Positions 1 through 10,079 are shown, numbered from the stretch's first letter. The stretch: 64,000 nucleotides of DNA from Gemmatimonadota bacterium (GCA_036679645.1 JAZDCY010000004.1:1-64000); one strand, 5' to 3'. The notes: generated by a model from the letters alone, not told the origin. Numbers and translations: made by a program.

Positions 1-29
1 TCTCAAATCGTTGTTTCCCGTCTCACCCC

Positions 30-632
30 TCACAGTCCAGGAGGTACCCCCGCCTTGTACCGCACGTACATCCACGACATCGGGACGATGAGGATTCCCG
101 CTGCAAGAATTGTGAGGGCGATCAGCACGCCACCGACGATCTGGGCTCGTTGACTCTGAGCCGCTGCCTCGAACAGCGCGGAATCCTGACGGCCGCTCAG
201 GATGATCATGGCCTCTCGACCCGCCACTCCGAGATCCATCTGCTCCCCCTCACCCGGTTGCCGCAGGTCCTGCATGATCTGGAGCACGAGTTGTTTGTCG
301 GTGGAATCGGCGAGCGCTTCCTGGAGGCTCGCGAGATCCGCATTGAGAGCTAGTCCGATGCTGTCGCGCAGCCGTCGCTGTGCCTCGAACTCGATTTCCC
401 CGGCTGCCATCTGGCGCCAGACCTCGAGTGCCGCACTGTATCGACGCAGCGTGCTCATCGTCTGCTGGCCTTCGGTGATGTGGGACGCGGCCCGTCCGAG
501 CCCGACCACGTGAATGGCTCCGACGACGACGGCAGCAATGAGCGCCACCGCCGCGATCGTCAGCGCGATCCCGGGACGAAGTCCCTTGTAGTCCTGGAGC
601 GCGATGGCGAGCGAGGAGCGGGGTTGGGTCAT
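30..632 (-). CDS. Hypothetical membrane protein (two TM helices flanking a helical extracytoplasmic domain)
   Basis: 200-aa ORF with hydrophobic segments near the N- and C-termini; upstream GAGGAAG RBS-like sequence. Confidence 0.6.
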   Translation of the reverse strand: MTQPRSSLAIALQDYKGLRPGIALTIAAVALIAAVVVGAIHVVGLGRAASHITEGQQTMSTLRRYSAALEVWRQMAAGEIEFEAQRRLRDSIGLALNADLASLQEALADSTDKQLVLQIMQDLRQPGEGEQMDLGVAGREAMIILSGRQDSALFEAAAQSQRAQIVGGVLIALTILAAGILIVPMSWMYVRYKAGVPPGL

Positions 633-744
633 GGGTCTTCCTCGTGTCCCGGGTGGCGAGCAACGCTATCCCGTACGCCAGATTGACGCAAGGCCGGCGG
701 CCGGTAGCTTACTAGGCCTAATCCGGTCCAAGAGGGAGGTGCGC

Positions 745-1230
745 ATGCTGCGGTCAAAGATGTTGCTCGGATTGGCCGGCCTTCTCGTTGCCGGCTGCGC
801 TCAACGGCTCTCTCGACAGGTGATCGCGGTCGAAGAGCAAGCGGTGCGCGAGCGCGTGACGGAGTGGGCCCGCGCCGTCAATAATCGCGATACCCGCGAG
901 CTTGCGGCGTTCTATCACCAAGTGCCGGAACTTACGGTCGCTTGGACGTCGGGAACCCGCACACGCGGCTGGGAGGAGGAACACGAGGAACAGCGGCGGT
1001 TTTTCAGGAGCATTGCGCGCTCGAATCTCGTGATTTCGGACTTGAGCATCGAGATCCTCTCCGCGACCGCCGCTGTCACATCGTTCCACCATTCGTCTGA
1101 CATCATCAAGACATCGACGGATCGCGACATCTTCAGCGGGAACGGGACGATCGTATGGATGAAAGACGAGGCGGATAACATGTGGAAGATCCACACCGCA
1201 CAGTTATCGCGGAATCCACCAGACATGTGA
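745..1230 (+). CDS. NTF2/SnoaL-like (DUF4440-type) lipoprotein
   Basis: GGAGG before ATG 745; lipobox VAG-C; NTF2-like pattern ending T-I-V-W...WKIH. Confidence 0.7.
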   Translation: MLRSKMLLGLAGLLVAGCAQRLSRQVIAVEEQAVRERVTEWARAVNNRDTRELAAFYHQVPELTVAWTSGTRTRGWEEEHEEQRRFFRSIARSNLVISDLSIEILSATAAVTSFHHSSDIIKTSTDRDIFSGNGTIVWMKDEADNMWKIHTAQLSRNPPDM

Positions 1231-1365
1231 CCGATCGGCAGCACTCGGGGGCGGTGTGCCCCTTGCCCAACTGCATGAAGTGCCTTGCGATAACGCGGTC
1301 GAGAGCCTTGTGCGAAATCGCAAGGCATCTTATTGTTGCGAAACCTTGCCGCGGAGGGCCGGCGG

Positions 1366-2478
1366 ATGTCGGACCCGTTCCTCAGTTCTGAGGACTTTGC
1401 AGACAGGGCACATCAATTCTATAACGAAGGACGATACGACGAGGCCGTCGCGCTGTTGCGCGAGGCGCTCGATCTCTATCCGTTCAGCGCGGAGCTGTAC
1501 GTTGGGCTCGCCTACACACACATGGCGCGAGACGAGTTCATGTGGGCACGTCGCAGCTTCGAGCATGCAGTCGGCCTTGATCCTGACCACGAGGATGCGC
1601 TGGTCGGCCACGGGGAGGCATTGCTTCGCTTTGGCGAGACGACCCGCGCGCTGCACTGCTTCGAGCAGGTGCTCGCTCTGGGATTCGGGGACGACCACGA
1701 CCTCATGCTCCAGATCGGCCGCGCGCTGTTCCGGGAAGGGGTGCTCGAGGCGGCTCGGCGTTTCTTCGAGGTGGCGGCCCAGGCTCACTGCGATTCGCCC
1801 GAGGTGAACGCATGTCTGGGATACACGGCGCACCGGTTGGGCGAGGAGGACGCCGCCATCCGGCACCTGCGGCGGTCACTAGACCTGGACGAGGACCACG
1901 CCGAAGCACGCATCTACCTGGCCAATCTGTTCTATGACCGTGGCGAGTTCGAGTCGGCGCTCTACCACCTGGAACGCACGAATCCGGAAGATCACATCGA
2001 CGAGCTGGCGGTCTGGCGGCTGATCGAGCTGAAGAAGTCCATCTATCGCCTGCCCGCGCGGGACCCCGAGCTGACGCCCTGGGCGGGACGGCTCGTCGAG
2101 ATCGCGGCCAACGCCGATCCCATCGACCAGCTTCTGGGAGAAATCGAGGCGACGCAACCCAACGGCACCGTGCGAGATCCGTTACAGCTAGAGCTGTTCA
2201 GCGCGTTGCTGATGGAGCTCGCCGGGATGCGGCGTCGCGCCCACGAGCCGCATCGGGTCACGACCAGCTCGGGCAGCAACTACAGTGGCACGTGGGAGGA
2301 GATCGTCTTCCAGATGCTGGTGGATGATCCCCGCTGGGTCGGTGTCTCGCTCTCGGGGTACATGGCCCATGTCGCACGCCGCAGCGCCGCGGAAACCGGC
2401 GTCGTGATACCGGCGACCGACGCGGAGGCCTTCGTCCACGGCAGCGCCGAGGCGGGACTGCTCGAGATCGTTCGCTAG
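1366..2478 (+). CDS. Tetratricopeptide repeat protein
   Basis: Repeated TPR-like helices (GRYDEAVALL, LDPDHEDAL, DHAEARIYLANL); start placed at MSDPF. Confidence 0.8.
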   Translation: MSDPFLSSEDFADRAHQFYNEGRYDEAVALLREALDLYPFSAELYVGLAYTHMARDEFMWARRSFEHAVGLDPDHEDALVGHGEALLRFGETTRALHCFEQVLALGFGDDHDLMLQIGRALFREGVLEAARRFFEVAAQAHCDSPEVNACLGYTAHRLGEEDAAIRHLRRSLDLDEDHAEARIYLANLFYDRGEFESALYHLERTNPEDHIDELAVWRLIELKKSIYRLPARDPELTPWAGRLVEIAANADPIDQLLGEIEATQPNGTVRDPLQLELFSALLMELAGMRRRAHEPHRVTTSSGSNYSGTWEEIVFQMLVDDPRWVGVSLSGYMAHVARRSAAETGVVIPATDAEAFVHGSAEAGLLEIVR

Positions 2479-2571
2479 ATTACGTCGACGGAGAGCGGGT
2501 GACCGTTCTCACGATCCGCCGTCAACCGTCCACCACCCATCCGCCTGCTCAATCCTGTACATTCCCACCCC

Positions 2572-5166
2572 ATGTCGTGGACAGATTCGGTTATCAAGGA
2601 GGTCCTTCCGAACGGACTGACCGTGCTCGTGCAGCGCGATCCGTCGAGCCCGGTTGTTGCTGTCGTAACGCACGTCAAGGCTGGCTACTTCGACGAGCCG
2701 GATGAGTGGGTCGGTATCGCACATGTCCTCGAGCACATGTTCTTCAAGGGATCAGTCTCCCACGGACCGGGTGAGCTGGCGCGTGAGACCCAACTGCTCG
2801 GCGGGTACCTGAACGCCGCGACGATCTACGACAAGACGATCTACTACGCCGTCGTTCCGTCGACGAACGGTGGACTCTCCCGTGCGATGATGCTGCAGGC
2901 CGACGCACTCATGCACGCGGCCCTCGACGCGGAGGAACTGGCCAGGGAGATCGAGGTGATCGTGCAGGAGGCGAAACGCAAGCTCGACACGCCTGGCGCG
3001 GTCACCGGTGAGACGCTCTACGAGCAGCTGTTCACGGTCCATCGCATGCGACGCTGGCGTATCGGCACCGAGGAAGGCCTGCGCCGCCTGACGGCAGACG
3101 ACCTGCGCGCCTACTACGAGACGCGCTATACACCCGGCAAAGTGATCATTGCACTCACGGGCGATCTCGACGTCGAGGACGCACTCGAGGACGCGCGACG
3201 GATATACGGCACATGGGATGCGCCCGACCACGAGATCGAGGGTTCCCCGGCCGAGCCCCCGGGGACGCGCTCGGAGCTGCGCGTGCTGCGCGGCGACGTC
3301 GAACGCCCCATCGTTGCGATCGGTTGGCGAGGGGTACCGGCCCTGCATCCCGATGCGACCGCTCTCGAAGTGACTGCCGGCGTCTTGGGAAGGGGAAAGG
3401 GGTCGTTGCTCGCCTCAGGCGTGCGAAAACCGGGGCTCGCGTCGTCGATCGGGAGCTATCACTACGCGCCGACCGACCTTGGCGTGTTCGAGATCGGCCT
3501 GACGGGCGACACGGAGACCCTGACCGATGCAATCGACCGGTCGCTAGCCCTTGCACGTGAACTGGGTGAGCGGGGACCGGACCCCGCGCAGCTTGAGCGC
3601 ATAAGGGCGCTTACGGCGACCGGATGGGCGCGCAGGCTCGAGTCCACGGACGGGCGTGCGACGCTGCTGGCGGATTTCGAGGCGCTGGGCGACGTCAGCA
3701 TGGCGGACGATTACTACGCCGCGCTCATGGCCGTTGAACCCGATGACGTGCAGCGTGCCGCGGCCACCTATCTCTCGCTCGATGCCGCTTGCGCCACCGT
3801 CTATATGCCCGCAGAGGCGCCCGCCCCGCTGAACGGCACGTGGCCGCTGTCCCCGGGGGCCGTAGCCGTGCCAGAGACGCCGCGCGTCCGGCTCCCCCTC
3901 CCCAGGTCAACGGGCTCACCCGCCCCGGAATCCGTGCGTCTCCCGTTCGACGTCCACGCCGTTCAGGCGGACGGCGCGGATCTTCTGGTCCGTCGCCAGC
4001 AGGGCTCGGGTCTGGTGGTGATCGGTGCCTACTACCCGGGTATTCGGATACGCGAGACAGAAGAGACGGCCGGCGTCTCGTGGCTCCTGGCGCGCGCGGC
4101 TTTGCGCGGAGCCGGCGGTCTCGGAGCAGACGAACTCGCCTTTGCGGCGGAGTCGCTGGGCGGTGGCGTGCGCGCAGCGGTTGGCTCGGAGACGCTCGGC
4201 TGGGTCATGACGGTGCGCGCCGATGCGGCCTCCGACGCGGCCGCCCTGCTCGAGCGACTCGCGGCCGACCCCACGCTCGATCCGGACGAGGTGGCCATCG
4301 AGCGCGCCCTGCAAGCCGATGACGCGGCACGCGCACGCGACGATATGCTCCGCTACCCGCAACAATGCGTGCTGCGCACAGCATTGCCACGACACCCGTA
4401 TGGGTATCCGCCGTTAGGTGACCCCGATCGGGTGCAGGCGCTGGCACCGGAGACGCTGCGCGCATGGGCCGAGCACATGCGGCAGGCCCGGCCCGTCGTC
4501 GTCGCCGTCGGTGACCTGGAGCCGGAACGATTGCTCGACGCGGTGGCGCCATTCGCTGCGTGGCCTGCCGATGGGCGCGCGGCGGCGACGATCTCACCTC
4601 GGTGGGAGGCCGGACGAGGTGACGAGCAGCGGGACAAGGCGCAATCCGCCCTCGCAATGGCGTTCCCCGGCCCCGTCGCGAACTCGGCCCAGCGGTATGC
4701 GGCCGAGGTGGCGGGCGCCATCCTGTCGGGTCTCGCGGGACGCCTGTTCGAGGAATTGCGCGAGCGCCGAGCGCTGGCGTACACGGTGTACGCCTCCGCC
4801 TGGTTGCGCCGCTCGGCGGGCGCCGTGCTCACCTACATCGCGACGTCACCCGAACGGGAAGACGAAGCCCGCGACGCCATGCTCGGCGAGTTGGCCCTGC
4901 TTGCGCGCGAGAAGGTCCCCGAGCCGGAGCTGGAGCGGGCGCGCAACTACGCCGCAGGACTCGTGTCGATCCGCCGCCAGCACGCGCAATCCCTCGTCAT
5001 GGAGATCGCAGACGCGTGGCTCCTCGGTATGATGGAGCACCTCGTCACCGTCGAGGACCGGCTGCGCGCTGTGACCGCCGATGAGATCGTCGCGTTTGCG
5101 GAGGAAGTGTTCGTGCCCGACCGACGTGCGGAGTTCGTGGTCCGAGGGACTGGGAAGAGCCGCTAA
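2572..5166 (+). CDS. M16 family (pitrilysin/insulinase) zinc peptidase, fused two-domain form
   Basis: Inverted zinc motif HVLEH (GIAHVLEHMFFKG); LPNGL start; RLFEELRERRALAY C-half motif. Confidence 0.9.
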   Translation: MSWTDSVIKEVLPNGLTVLVQRDPSSPVVAVVTHVKAGYFDEPDEWVGIAHVLEHMFFKGSVSHGPGELARETQLLGGYLNAATIYDKTIYYAVVPSTNGGLSRAMMLQADALMHAALDAEELAREIEVIVQEAKRKLDTPGAVTGETLYEQLFTVHRMRRWRIGTEEGLRRLTADDLRAYYETRYTPGKVIIALTGDLDVEDALEDARRIYGTWDAPDHEIEGSPAEPPGTRSELRVLRGDVERPIVAIGWRGVPALHPDATALEVTAGVLGRGKGSLLASGVRKPGLASSIGSYHYAPTDLGVFEIGLTGDTETLTDAIDRSLALARELGERGPDPAQLERIRALTATGWARRLESTDGRATLLADFEALGDVSMADDYYAALMAVEPDDVQRAAATYLSLDAACATVYMPAEAPAPLNGTWPLSPGAVAVPETPRVRLPLPRSTGSPAPESVRLPFDVHAVQADGADLLVRRQQGSGLVVIGAYYPGIRIRETEETAGVSWLLARAALRGAGGLGADELAFAAESLGGGVRAAVGSETLGWVMTVRADAASDAAALLERLAADPTLDPDEVAIERALQADDAARARDDMLRYPQQCVLRTALPRHPYGYPPLGDPDRVQALAPETLRAWAEHMRQARPVVVAVGDLEPERLLDAVAPFAAWPADGRAAATISPRWEAGRGDEQRDKAQSALAMAFPGPVANSAQRYAAEVAGAILSGLAGRLFEELRERRALAYTVYASAWLRRSAGAVLTYIATSPEREDEARDAMLGELALLAREKVPEPELERARNYAAGLVSIRRQHAQSLVMEIADAWLLGMMEHLVTVEDRLRAVTADEIVAFAEEVFVPDRRAEFVVRGTGKSR

Positions 5167-5169
5167 GCC

Positions 5170-6252
5170 CTACTTCGGACAGCTGGACAGGTTGAGCAAC
5201 GGGACTACAAACGTCCCGACGGCCGTGACCGCTCCCGAGGAACCAACGATGCCGTCTCGCTGCAACAGCAGCTCGAACCGTCCACTGATGGCGCGCCCAC
5301 CCAGGGTCGGCCGTACCGACGTCACCGTGATGGTCCCGCCTGCTGCCTGCGAGAACGCCGAGACGCTGCTTCCGCTTCGGTAAAACGCGAACGACTCGAC
5401 CGGGAAGCAGACCGCATCCACGGAAGGATCGCGCGCGGCCGGTGGCAGAGCAGTGATGGAACGGGTCGAAGGACCACTCAGGCTGTCGATGAGCACGACC
5501 GCCAACTGCTCGGACAACGTTACGTTCATCGGTATCTGGAAGATCGACCGTCCATCATCGGTAGGATGATTGAATGCGCGCGATGCAAGTCGCGCCCGCA
5601 AGCTGATCCCTCCACCACGCACGCGCACGTAGGCCAGCCCGAACGTCGTATCGGGCACCGCGCGAACCTCGACGGCACCGATCTCGGTGAGACTGTCGGC
5701 GGTTACGGTAAAGCCCACAGTCCCGGTTCCCACGGCCGTCACCAATCCTGTCGCCGCGTCGATTGTGGCGATCGCGCCGGCGCCGCCGGCAAAAATGATG
5801 GGCGGCGGGGCCGCTTGCCCTCTGGCGACGAGATCCACCGGAATGGTGAACGTGTCGCCGGCGGCGAGCAGGATTGTATCGAGTGGCAACGTGAGTGTGA
5901 GGTCGGACACCACGATCACTTCCGCGGTGTCCGAGATGGGACCTGCTGCCGCGGTGATGGCTGCGATACCGGGGACCACGCCAGTCACCGCTCCTGTCAG
6001 CGAGTCGACCGAGGCGATGAACGGTTGGTCGCTCCGCCAAGTGAAGAGCGGGTCGGCGATCTGCTCGTCGCGGGTATTGAAGGCCGTGGCCAAGAGCCTG
6101 CTGGAGATTTCACCCACGGCGACGGTGTCGAGTTCCGGCGCGACCTCGACGCGAACAGCAACATCGTCAATGACGGAGTCTTCGCCGCAAGCAGCGAACG
6201 CGGCGACAGCGCCAAGCAACGCCAGACGAGCGCTATTGTTAGCGATTCTCAC
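5170..6252 (-). CDS. Ig-like (Big_2-type) domain lipoprotein
   Basis: Lipobox FAA-C; TWRSD..IASVD..TGAVTGV and IATIDAATGLVTAVG Ig-like repeats. Confidence 0.7.
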   Translation of the reverse strand: MRIANNSARLALLGAVAAFAACGEDSVIDDVAVRVEVAPELDTVAVGEISSRLLATAFNTRDEQIADPLFTWRSDQPFIASVDSLTGAVTGVVPGIAAITAAAGPISDTAEVIVVSDLTLTLPLDTILLAAGDTFTIPVDLVARGQAAPPPIIFAGGAGAIATIDAATGLVTAVGTGTVGFTVTADSLTEIGAVEVRAVPDTTFGLAYVRVRGGGISLRARLASRAFNHPTDDGRSIFQIPMNVTLSEQLAVVLIDSLSGPSTRSITALPPAARDPSVDAVCFPVESFAFYRSGSSVSAFSQAAGGTITVTSVRPTLGGRAISGRFELLLQRDGIVGSSGAVTAVGTFVVPLLNLSSCPK

Positions 6253-6267
6253 ACGCCATACCTTGGG

Positions 6268-6345
6268 AATGTCGAATGTTCAATGTCGAAAACTTCAATG
6301 TCCATTACATGGACATTCTTCATTGGTTATGGAACATTCGAAACT
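6268..6345. repeat. Heptamer-periodic inverted repeat element (AATGTCG-type)
   Basis: AATGTCG AATGTTC AATGTCG ... perfect stem AATGTCCAT-TAC-ATGGACATT (6297-6317), then CTTCATT/GAACATT units. Confidence 0.75.
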
Positions 6346-6357
6346 GTGTGATGTTCC

Positions 6358-6816
6358 TCAGAACATCGACATTGCCAGGAACGACCTGAGGTTGTCGTTG
6401 GTGATGCGGAGGCGCTCGGAAAGCAGGCGGACGACCGACCATAGGATCTTGTAGGCCATGTCGCGATTGAAGTCCAGCATGATCTCGAAATCAGATCGCG
6501 AGATCGTGAGGAGGGTACACGAGGTGTTGGCGATGGCGTCGGTAGATCGTTCCGACCGGTCGAAGACAGACATCTCTCCAAAACAGGCCCCCTTCTTGAG
6601 GACCGTCAGCGCTTCCTCGCCGGAGCCTGGGACGTTGCGGGAGATGCGGACCTCACCCTCGGCGATGATGTAGAGCCGGTTGCCGGGTTCGCCCTCCTTG
6701 AAAATCGTCTGGGCGGACTTGAACTTCTGTTCCTGACAGATCTCCGCGATGTGACCGAGTTCGTCGTCGGTGAGATCCGCGAACACCGCAGCTTGTTTGA
6801 TGAGTTCCAGGTTCAT
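6358..6816 (-). CDS. Stand-alone cyclic nucleotide-binding domain protein
   Basis: IFKEGEPG..LYII..GEV, FGEMS, RSTDA cNMP-binding motifs; no HTH; GGGAGG RBS. Confidence 0.85.
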   Translation of the reverse strand: MNLELIKQAAVFADLTDDELGHIAEICQEQKFKSAQTIFKEGEPGNRLYIIAEGEVRISRNVPGSGEEALTVLKKGACFGEMSVFDRSERSTDAIANTSCTLLTISRSDFEIMLDFNRDMAYKILWSVVRLLSERLRITNDNLRSFLAMSMF

Positions 6817-6850
6817 GGACCCTCCCATCCTCGTTGGGGAGACCCGGTCA

Positions 6851-7396
6851 GTGCAAGGTACCGATCACCAGGATAGTGGGCAAGCAAAAAGGCTTTGGGG
6901 ACCGCCGGATATCCTGACGGCAGCGCGCGTCCCGCTGGCGGTGGCGTTCGTCATCGTGCCGGGGGCGCTGGAGCGGTTGGTGATCGTGCTGGTCGCCGCG
7001 GCCAGCGATCTTGTCGACGGATACTGGGCGCGCCGCATCGGTGGGTCCCGGGTCGGTGCCGCGCTCGACCCCATTGCCGACAAGCTCTTCATGGTCGCGG
7101 GCTTCTTCGTCGTTCTCGTGAGCGGTAGGCTGCATCCGCTCGAGATCGCCGCTGTGCTGCTCCGTGATATCATGGCTCTCTTGGCGTTCGTGACCACCGT
7201 GGTCCTTGGCCGTGCGGCCACGCTGCCGGCGCGCGCCGGCGGCAAAGCAGTCACCGTCATTCAGATTCTGATCCTGATTGCGTTTCTGGCCGAGTCCGAT
7301 CTCCTGCGCCCGCTGGCCTGGGCGGCTGGCGCGGTCTCGGTGTATGCGATCGCTGACTACACGCGCGTCGGCCTGCGAGGAGAGCGCTGGGAGTGA
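6851..7396 (+). CDS. CDP-alcohol phosphatidyltransferase
   Basis: Signature DLVDGYWARR...GAALDPIADK; start uncertain (GTG 6851). Confidence 0.85.
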   Translation: MQGTDHQDSGQAKRLWGPPDILTAARVPLAVAFVIVPGALERLVIVLVAAASDLVDGYWARRIGGSRVGAALDPIADKLFMVAGFFVVLVSGRLHPLEIAAVLLRDIMALLAFVTTVVLGRAATLPARAGGKAVTVIQILILIAFLAESDLLRPLAWAAGAVSVYAIADYTRVGLRGERWE

Positions 7397-7401
7397 ACGC
7401 A

Positions 7402-7818
7402 ATGTCCAATACTCGTGCCATTCGGCTCACCTGGTCGGGGGAGGGACTGCGGTTCTCGGGGAGTGGGACGCAGCCCGAGACTCCGGCGGTGAGCATCGAC
7501 GGTGATGGTGCCGCCGGTCCCAGCCCGATGCTCATGCTCCTGCTCGCCGCGGCATCCTGCTCCGGTTCCGACGTCGTGCTGATCCTCGACAAGATGCGCG
7601 CGGGTCTGCGAGACCTCACCATCGACGTGACGGGTACGCGCCGTGAAGAGGACCCCAAACGGTATACAAAGATCGCGTTTCGATTCACGATGTCCGGCGC
7701 TGCCCTGGACGCCGCCAAGGCGGAGCGTGCTGTGACCCTCTCGCTCGAGAAGTACTGCTCGGTCGTGCACTCGCTCGCCCCTGACATAGCAGTGTCGCAC
7801 GAGATCGCGCTTGTGTAG
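7402..7818 (+). CDS. OsmC/YhfA family protein
   Basis: GPSPM..LL.AAASC and EKYCSV cysteine motifs. Confidence 0.85.
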   Translation: MSNTRAIRLTWSGEGLRFSGSGTQPETPAVSIDGDGAAGPSPMLMLLLAAASCSGSDVVLILDKMRAGLRDLTIDVTGTRREEDPKRYTKIAFRFTMSGAALDAAKAERAVTLSLEKYCSVVHSLAPDIAVSHEIALV

Positions 7819-8287
7819 TCCCCACCGGTGGATTGCTTTCGTGGCCCTCCTGGTCGCACCGGGTGGCACGGCATCCGGTCAGACCGTCGGTGACGTACAG
7901 ATCTTTGCCCTGGCCGCAATCGCGCGGGATGTGCTTGCGGCGGGTGGCGTCGGTGTCGCGGTGCGGCCGGGGGGACGCCTCAGGTTTGCGGTCAATGGTG
8001 TCGTGGGGTCGGAGAGTGGGGCCGCCGCTGGGCGCGTGGAGGCGGTTGCCGTTTTCCATCTCAACCCCTTTCGGCAGACCGGCTGGGCTGCCTATGGGGG
8101 GGGTGGTGCGGCAGTGCGGTTCCGACAGCCGGGAACATCCGGATTCCTTCTGGTCATGCTTGGGGCCGAGTCCCGCCCGGCTCGTCGCCTGGGGTGGTTC
8201 GTCGAAGTCGGGGCTGGGGGCGGTGTGCGCCTCGCCACCGGGCTGCGCGTCCGAACACGCCGCTCAGATCGGTCGGTGCGACCCTAG
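7811..8287 (+). CDS. Hypothetical exported protein, possibly a small outer-membrane beta-barrel
   Basis: Signal-peptide-like N-terminus (..TASG|Q); Gly/aromatic alternating beta-strand pattern; start uncertain. Confidence 0.5.
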   Translation: MCSPHRWIAFVALLVAPGGTASGQTVGDVQIFALAAIARDVLAAGGVGVAVRPGGRLRFAVNGVVGSESGAAAGRVEAVAVFHLNPFRQTGWAAYGGGGAAVRFRQPGTSGFLLVMLGAESRPARRLGWFVEVGAGGGVRLATGLRVRTRRSDRSVRP

Positions 8288-8553
8288 CTGGACGCGCCGA
8301 TTGCCTCGTTTCGCTGTATTACCGGCTGGCAATACCGCTCGCCGAGCTCGCGCAGCTGCGACAGCTCCGCGTTGTTCAGGTACTCGTAGCGCTCTGTGAG
8401 ATAGTCCATCGTGTCGTCGAACCATTCCTTCTGATCGGCCGGGATGGCCTCGAGGACACCGCAGCGGAGGATATGGCTGAACAATTCGTCACGCGCCTGC
8501 TCGAAGAAATTGGATACCGTGTCGTTACTGCGTACGGGCCTGCTCTTGGACAT
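8284..8553 (-). CDS. Small hypothetical protein
   Basis: AAGGAG RBS before ATG 8553; acidic helical protein-like composition. Confidence 0.65.
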   Translation of the reverse strand: MSKSRPVRSNDTVSNFFEQARDELFSHILRCGVLEAIPADQKEWFDDTMDYLTERYEYLNNAELSQLRELGERYCQPVIQRNEAIGASS

Positions 8554-8666
8554 GCTGAAGGAACTCCTTTGGGTATATTGCACTACAAGCTTACAAATGT
8601 AAGGGACCTATAGCTTGCGCGCAAACCCCCCCTACGCTTGCTGGACTTACTAGAGGGACGGCCGGA

Positions 8667-8960
8667 ATGTCTGAAGAAACATACGGAGCGGACCGCGCAA
8701 GACGGTTGGTGGCGCTGCTGCGAGCACTCGCGGCGCGGATCCAGGAGCTCCGAGAAGACGAGGAGATGCTCGCGGCCGGGCCCGAGTTGCTACGGCGGCT
8801 CGGGGATATACGCAGTGAGCTATTCCACTACGAAGTGCGATCTACATACGACACTCCCGAGGTTGCAGAGAGCCGGCGCATTGTCGAAGAGGCACAGCGA
8901 CACCTCGACAGCTTGGACTTCGACGGAGAGGAAGACGCTCCATGGCGGGACGAGACATGA
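8667..8960 (+). CDS. Hypothetical helical protein
   Basis: 97-aa ORF; stop overlaps the next ATG (ATGA). Confidence 0.6.
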   Translation: MSEETYGADRARRLVALLRALAARIQELREDEEMLAAGPELLRRLGDIRSELFHYEVRSTYDTPEVAESRRIVEEAQRHLDSLDFDGEEDAPWRDET

Positions 8961-9613
8961 AGAACTTCTACATTGGCATCGCCGTCCTGGCGGTCGTCGG
9001 GGCCGGTGCCATATGGATGGTCCGCACGGACAGTCAGGGAGCGGGTCCGGAACTGGTCGATCCGTTGCCGGTGACGGGTGAGAGCTTTCCCGGCTACATC
9101 CTCGGAAGTGACAGCGCGCCGGTGCAAATCACCGAGTTCGCCGACTTTCAGTGTCCCGCGTGCGGCCAATTCGCGGTGTTGACCGCTCCCGACATCAAGC
9201 AGCGCCTCGTCGCGAGCGGGCAGGTCCGCTTTGTGTTCAAGGACTTCCCCCTGGACATGCACCGCAATTCAGTGCCCGCGCATCTCGCTGCCGCCTGTGC
9301 CGACGAACAGGGGCAATTCTGGACGATGCACGACCAGATCTTCTTCCGGCAGCGTGATTGGGCGGAAGTCCGGCGACCCGAGCGCACGTTCCACGGTTAC
9401 GCGCGCGATCTGGGCCTCGACCTACGCCAGTACGACGAGTGCATGGACAGCCGCCGGTATGCCGGTCGCCTTGCCCGGTCGCGCCAGGACGGGGCCCAAC
9501 TCGGCGTCGCCTCCACGCCCACCCTCATCATTGGGAACCTGCGGGTCACGGGCGCGATCCCATATGACAGCCTGACCGTGTTGGTGAATCGAGCGGCGGC
9601 GGCCGCCCGGTGA
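8957..9613 (+). CDS. DsbA/BdbD family thiol-disulfide oxidoreductase
   Basis: N-terminal TM anchor; EFADFQCPAC and cis-Pro STPT motifs. Confidence 0.85.
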   Translation: MKNFYIGIAVLAVVGAGAIWMVRTDSQGAGPELVDPLPVTGESFPGYILGSDSAPVQITEFADFQCPACGQFAVLTAPDIKQRLVASGQVRFVFKDFPLDMHRNSVPAHLAAACADEQGQFWTMHDQIFFRQRDWAEVRRPERTFHGYARDLGLDLRQYDECMDSRRYAGRLARSRQDGAQLGVASTPTLIIGNLRVTGAIPYDSLTVLVNRAAAAAR

Positions 9614-10038
9614 TCCACCGCATGATCAGCGTCACGCTGGCCCTGGTAGGGTTCTTCGTGTCGCTCTATCTCTGGCTGTGGAAGATCGGGTTCTTGGGTG
9701 CACTCGCGTGCGGGACCGGTTCGTGCGAGGCCGTTCAGTTGAGCCGCCATGCCATGCTGTTTGGACAACCGGTCGCGCTCTACGGCGTGGTTGGATACAT
9801 CGGCCTCTTCGGGATCGGGTTTTTGGGACTGCAGGGCAAGTGGGCCAACAGACATGCGCCCACCGTGTGGCTGACCGCTCTCTCGGGGGTCGGCGTCGGG
9901 TTCACCGCCTACCTCACCTATCTCGAGGCCTTCGTCATCCACGCATGGTGTCGCTGGTGCCTCGTGTCGGCAGCAATCATAGCGGCGATTTTTGTGACTT
10001 CGCTGCTAGGGTGGAGACGGCACTCCGGTGAGCGGTAG
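9610..10038 (+). CDS. Vitamin K epoxide reductase (VKOR) family protein
   Basis: Loop cysteines ACGTGSC and WCRWC CXXC; hydrophobic; adjacent to DsbA. Confidence 0.9.
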   Translation: MIHRMISVTLALVGFFVSLYLWLWKIGFLGALACGTGSCEAVQLSRHAMLFGQPVALYGVVGYIGLFGIGFLGLQGKWANRHAPTVWLTALSGVGVGFTAYLTYLEAFVIHAWCRWCLVSAAIIAAIFVTSLLGWRRHSGER

Positions 10039-10079
10039 GGCCGCATGGCGTGTGTGGCGCACGCGGTGCGCCCCTGCCC

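Noticed and set aside
8554..8666. tRNA or ncRNA in AT-richer spacers (also 12030-12270 and 59980-60250)
   Set aside because: No cloverleaf, T-loop or known RNA motif recognised; more consistent with promoter DNA
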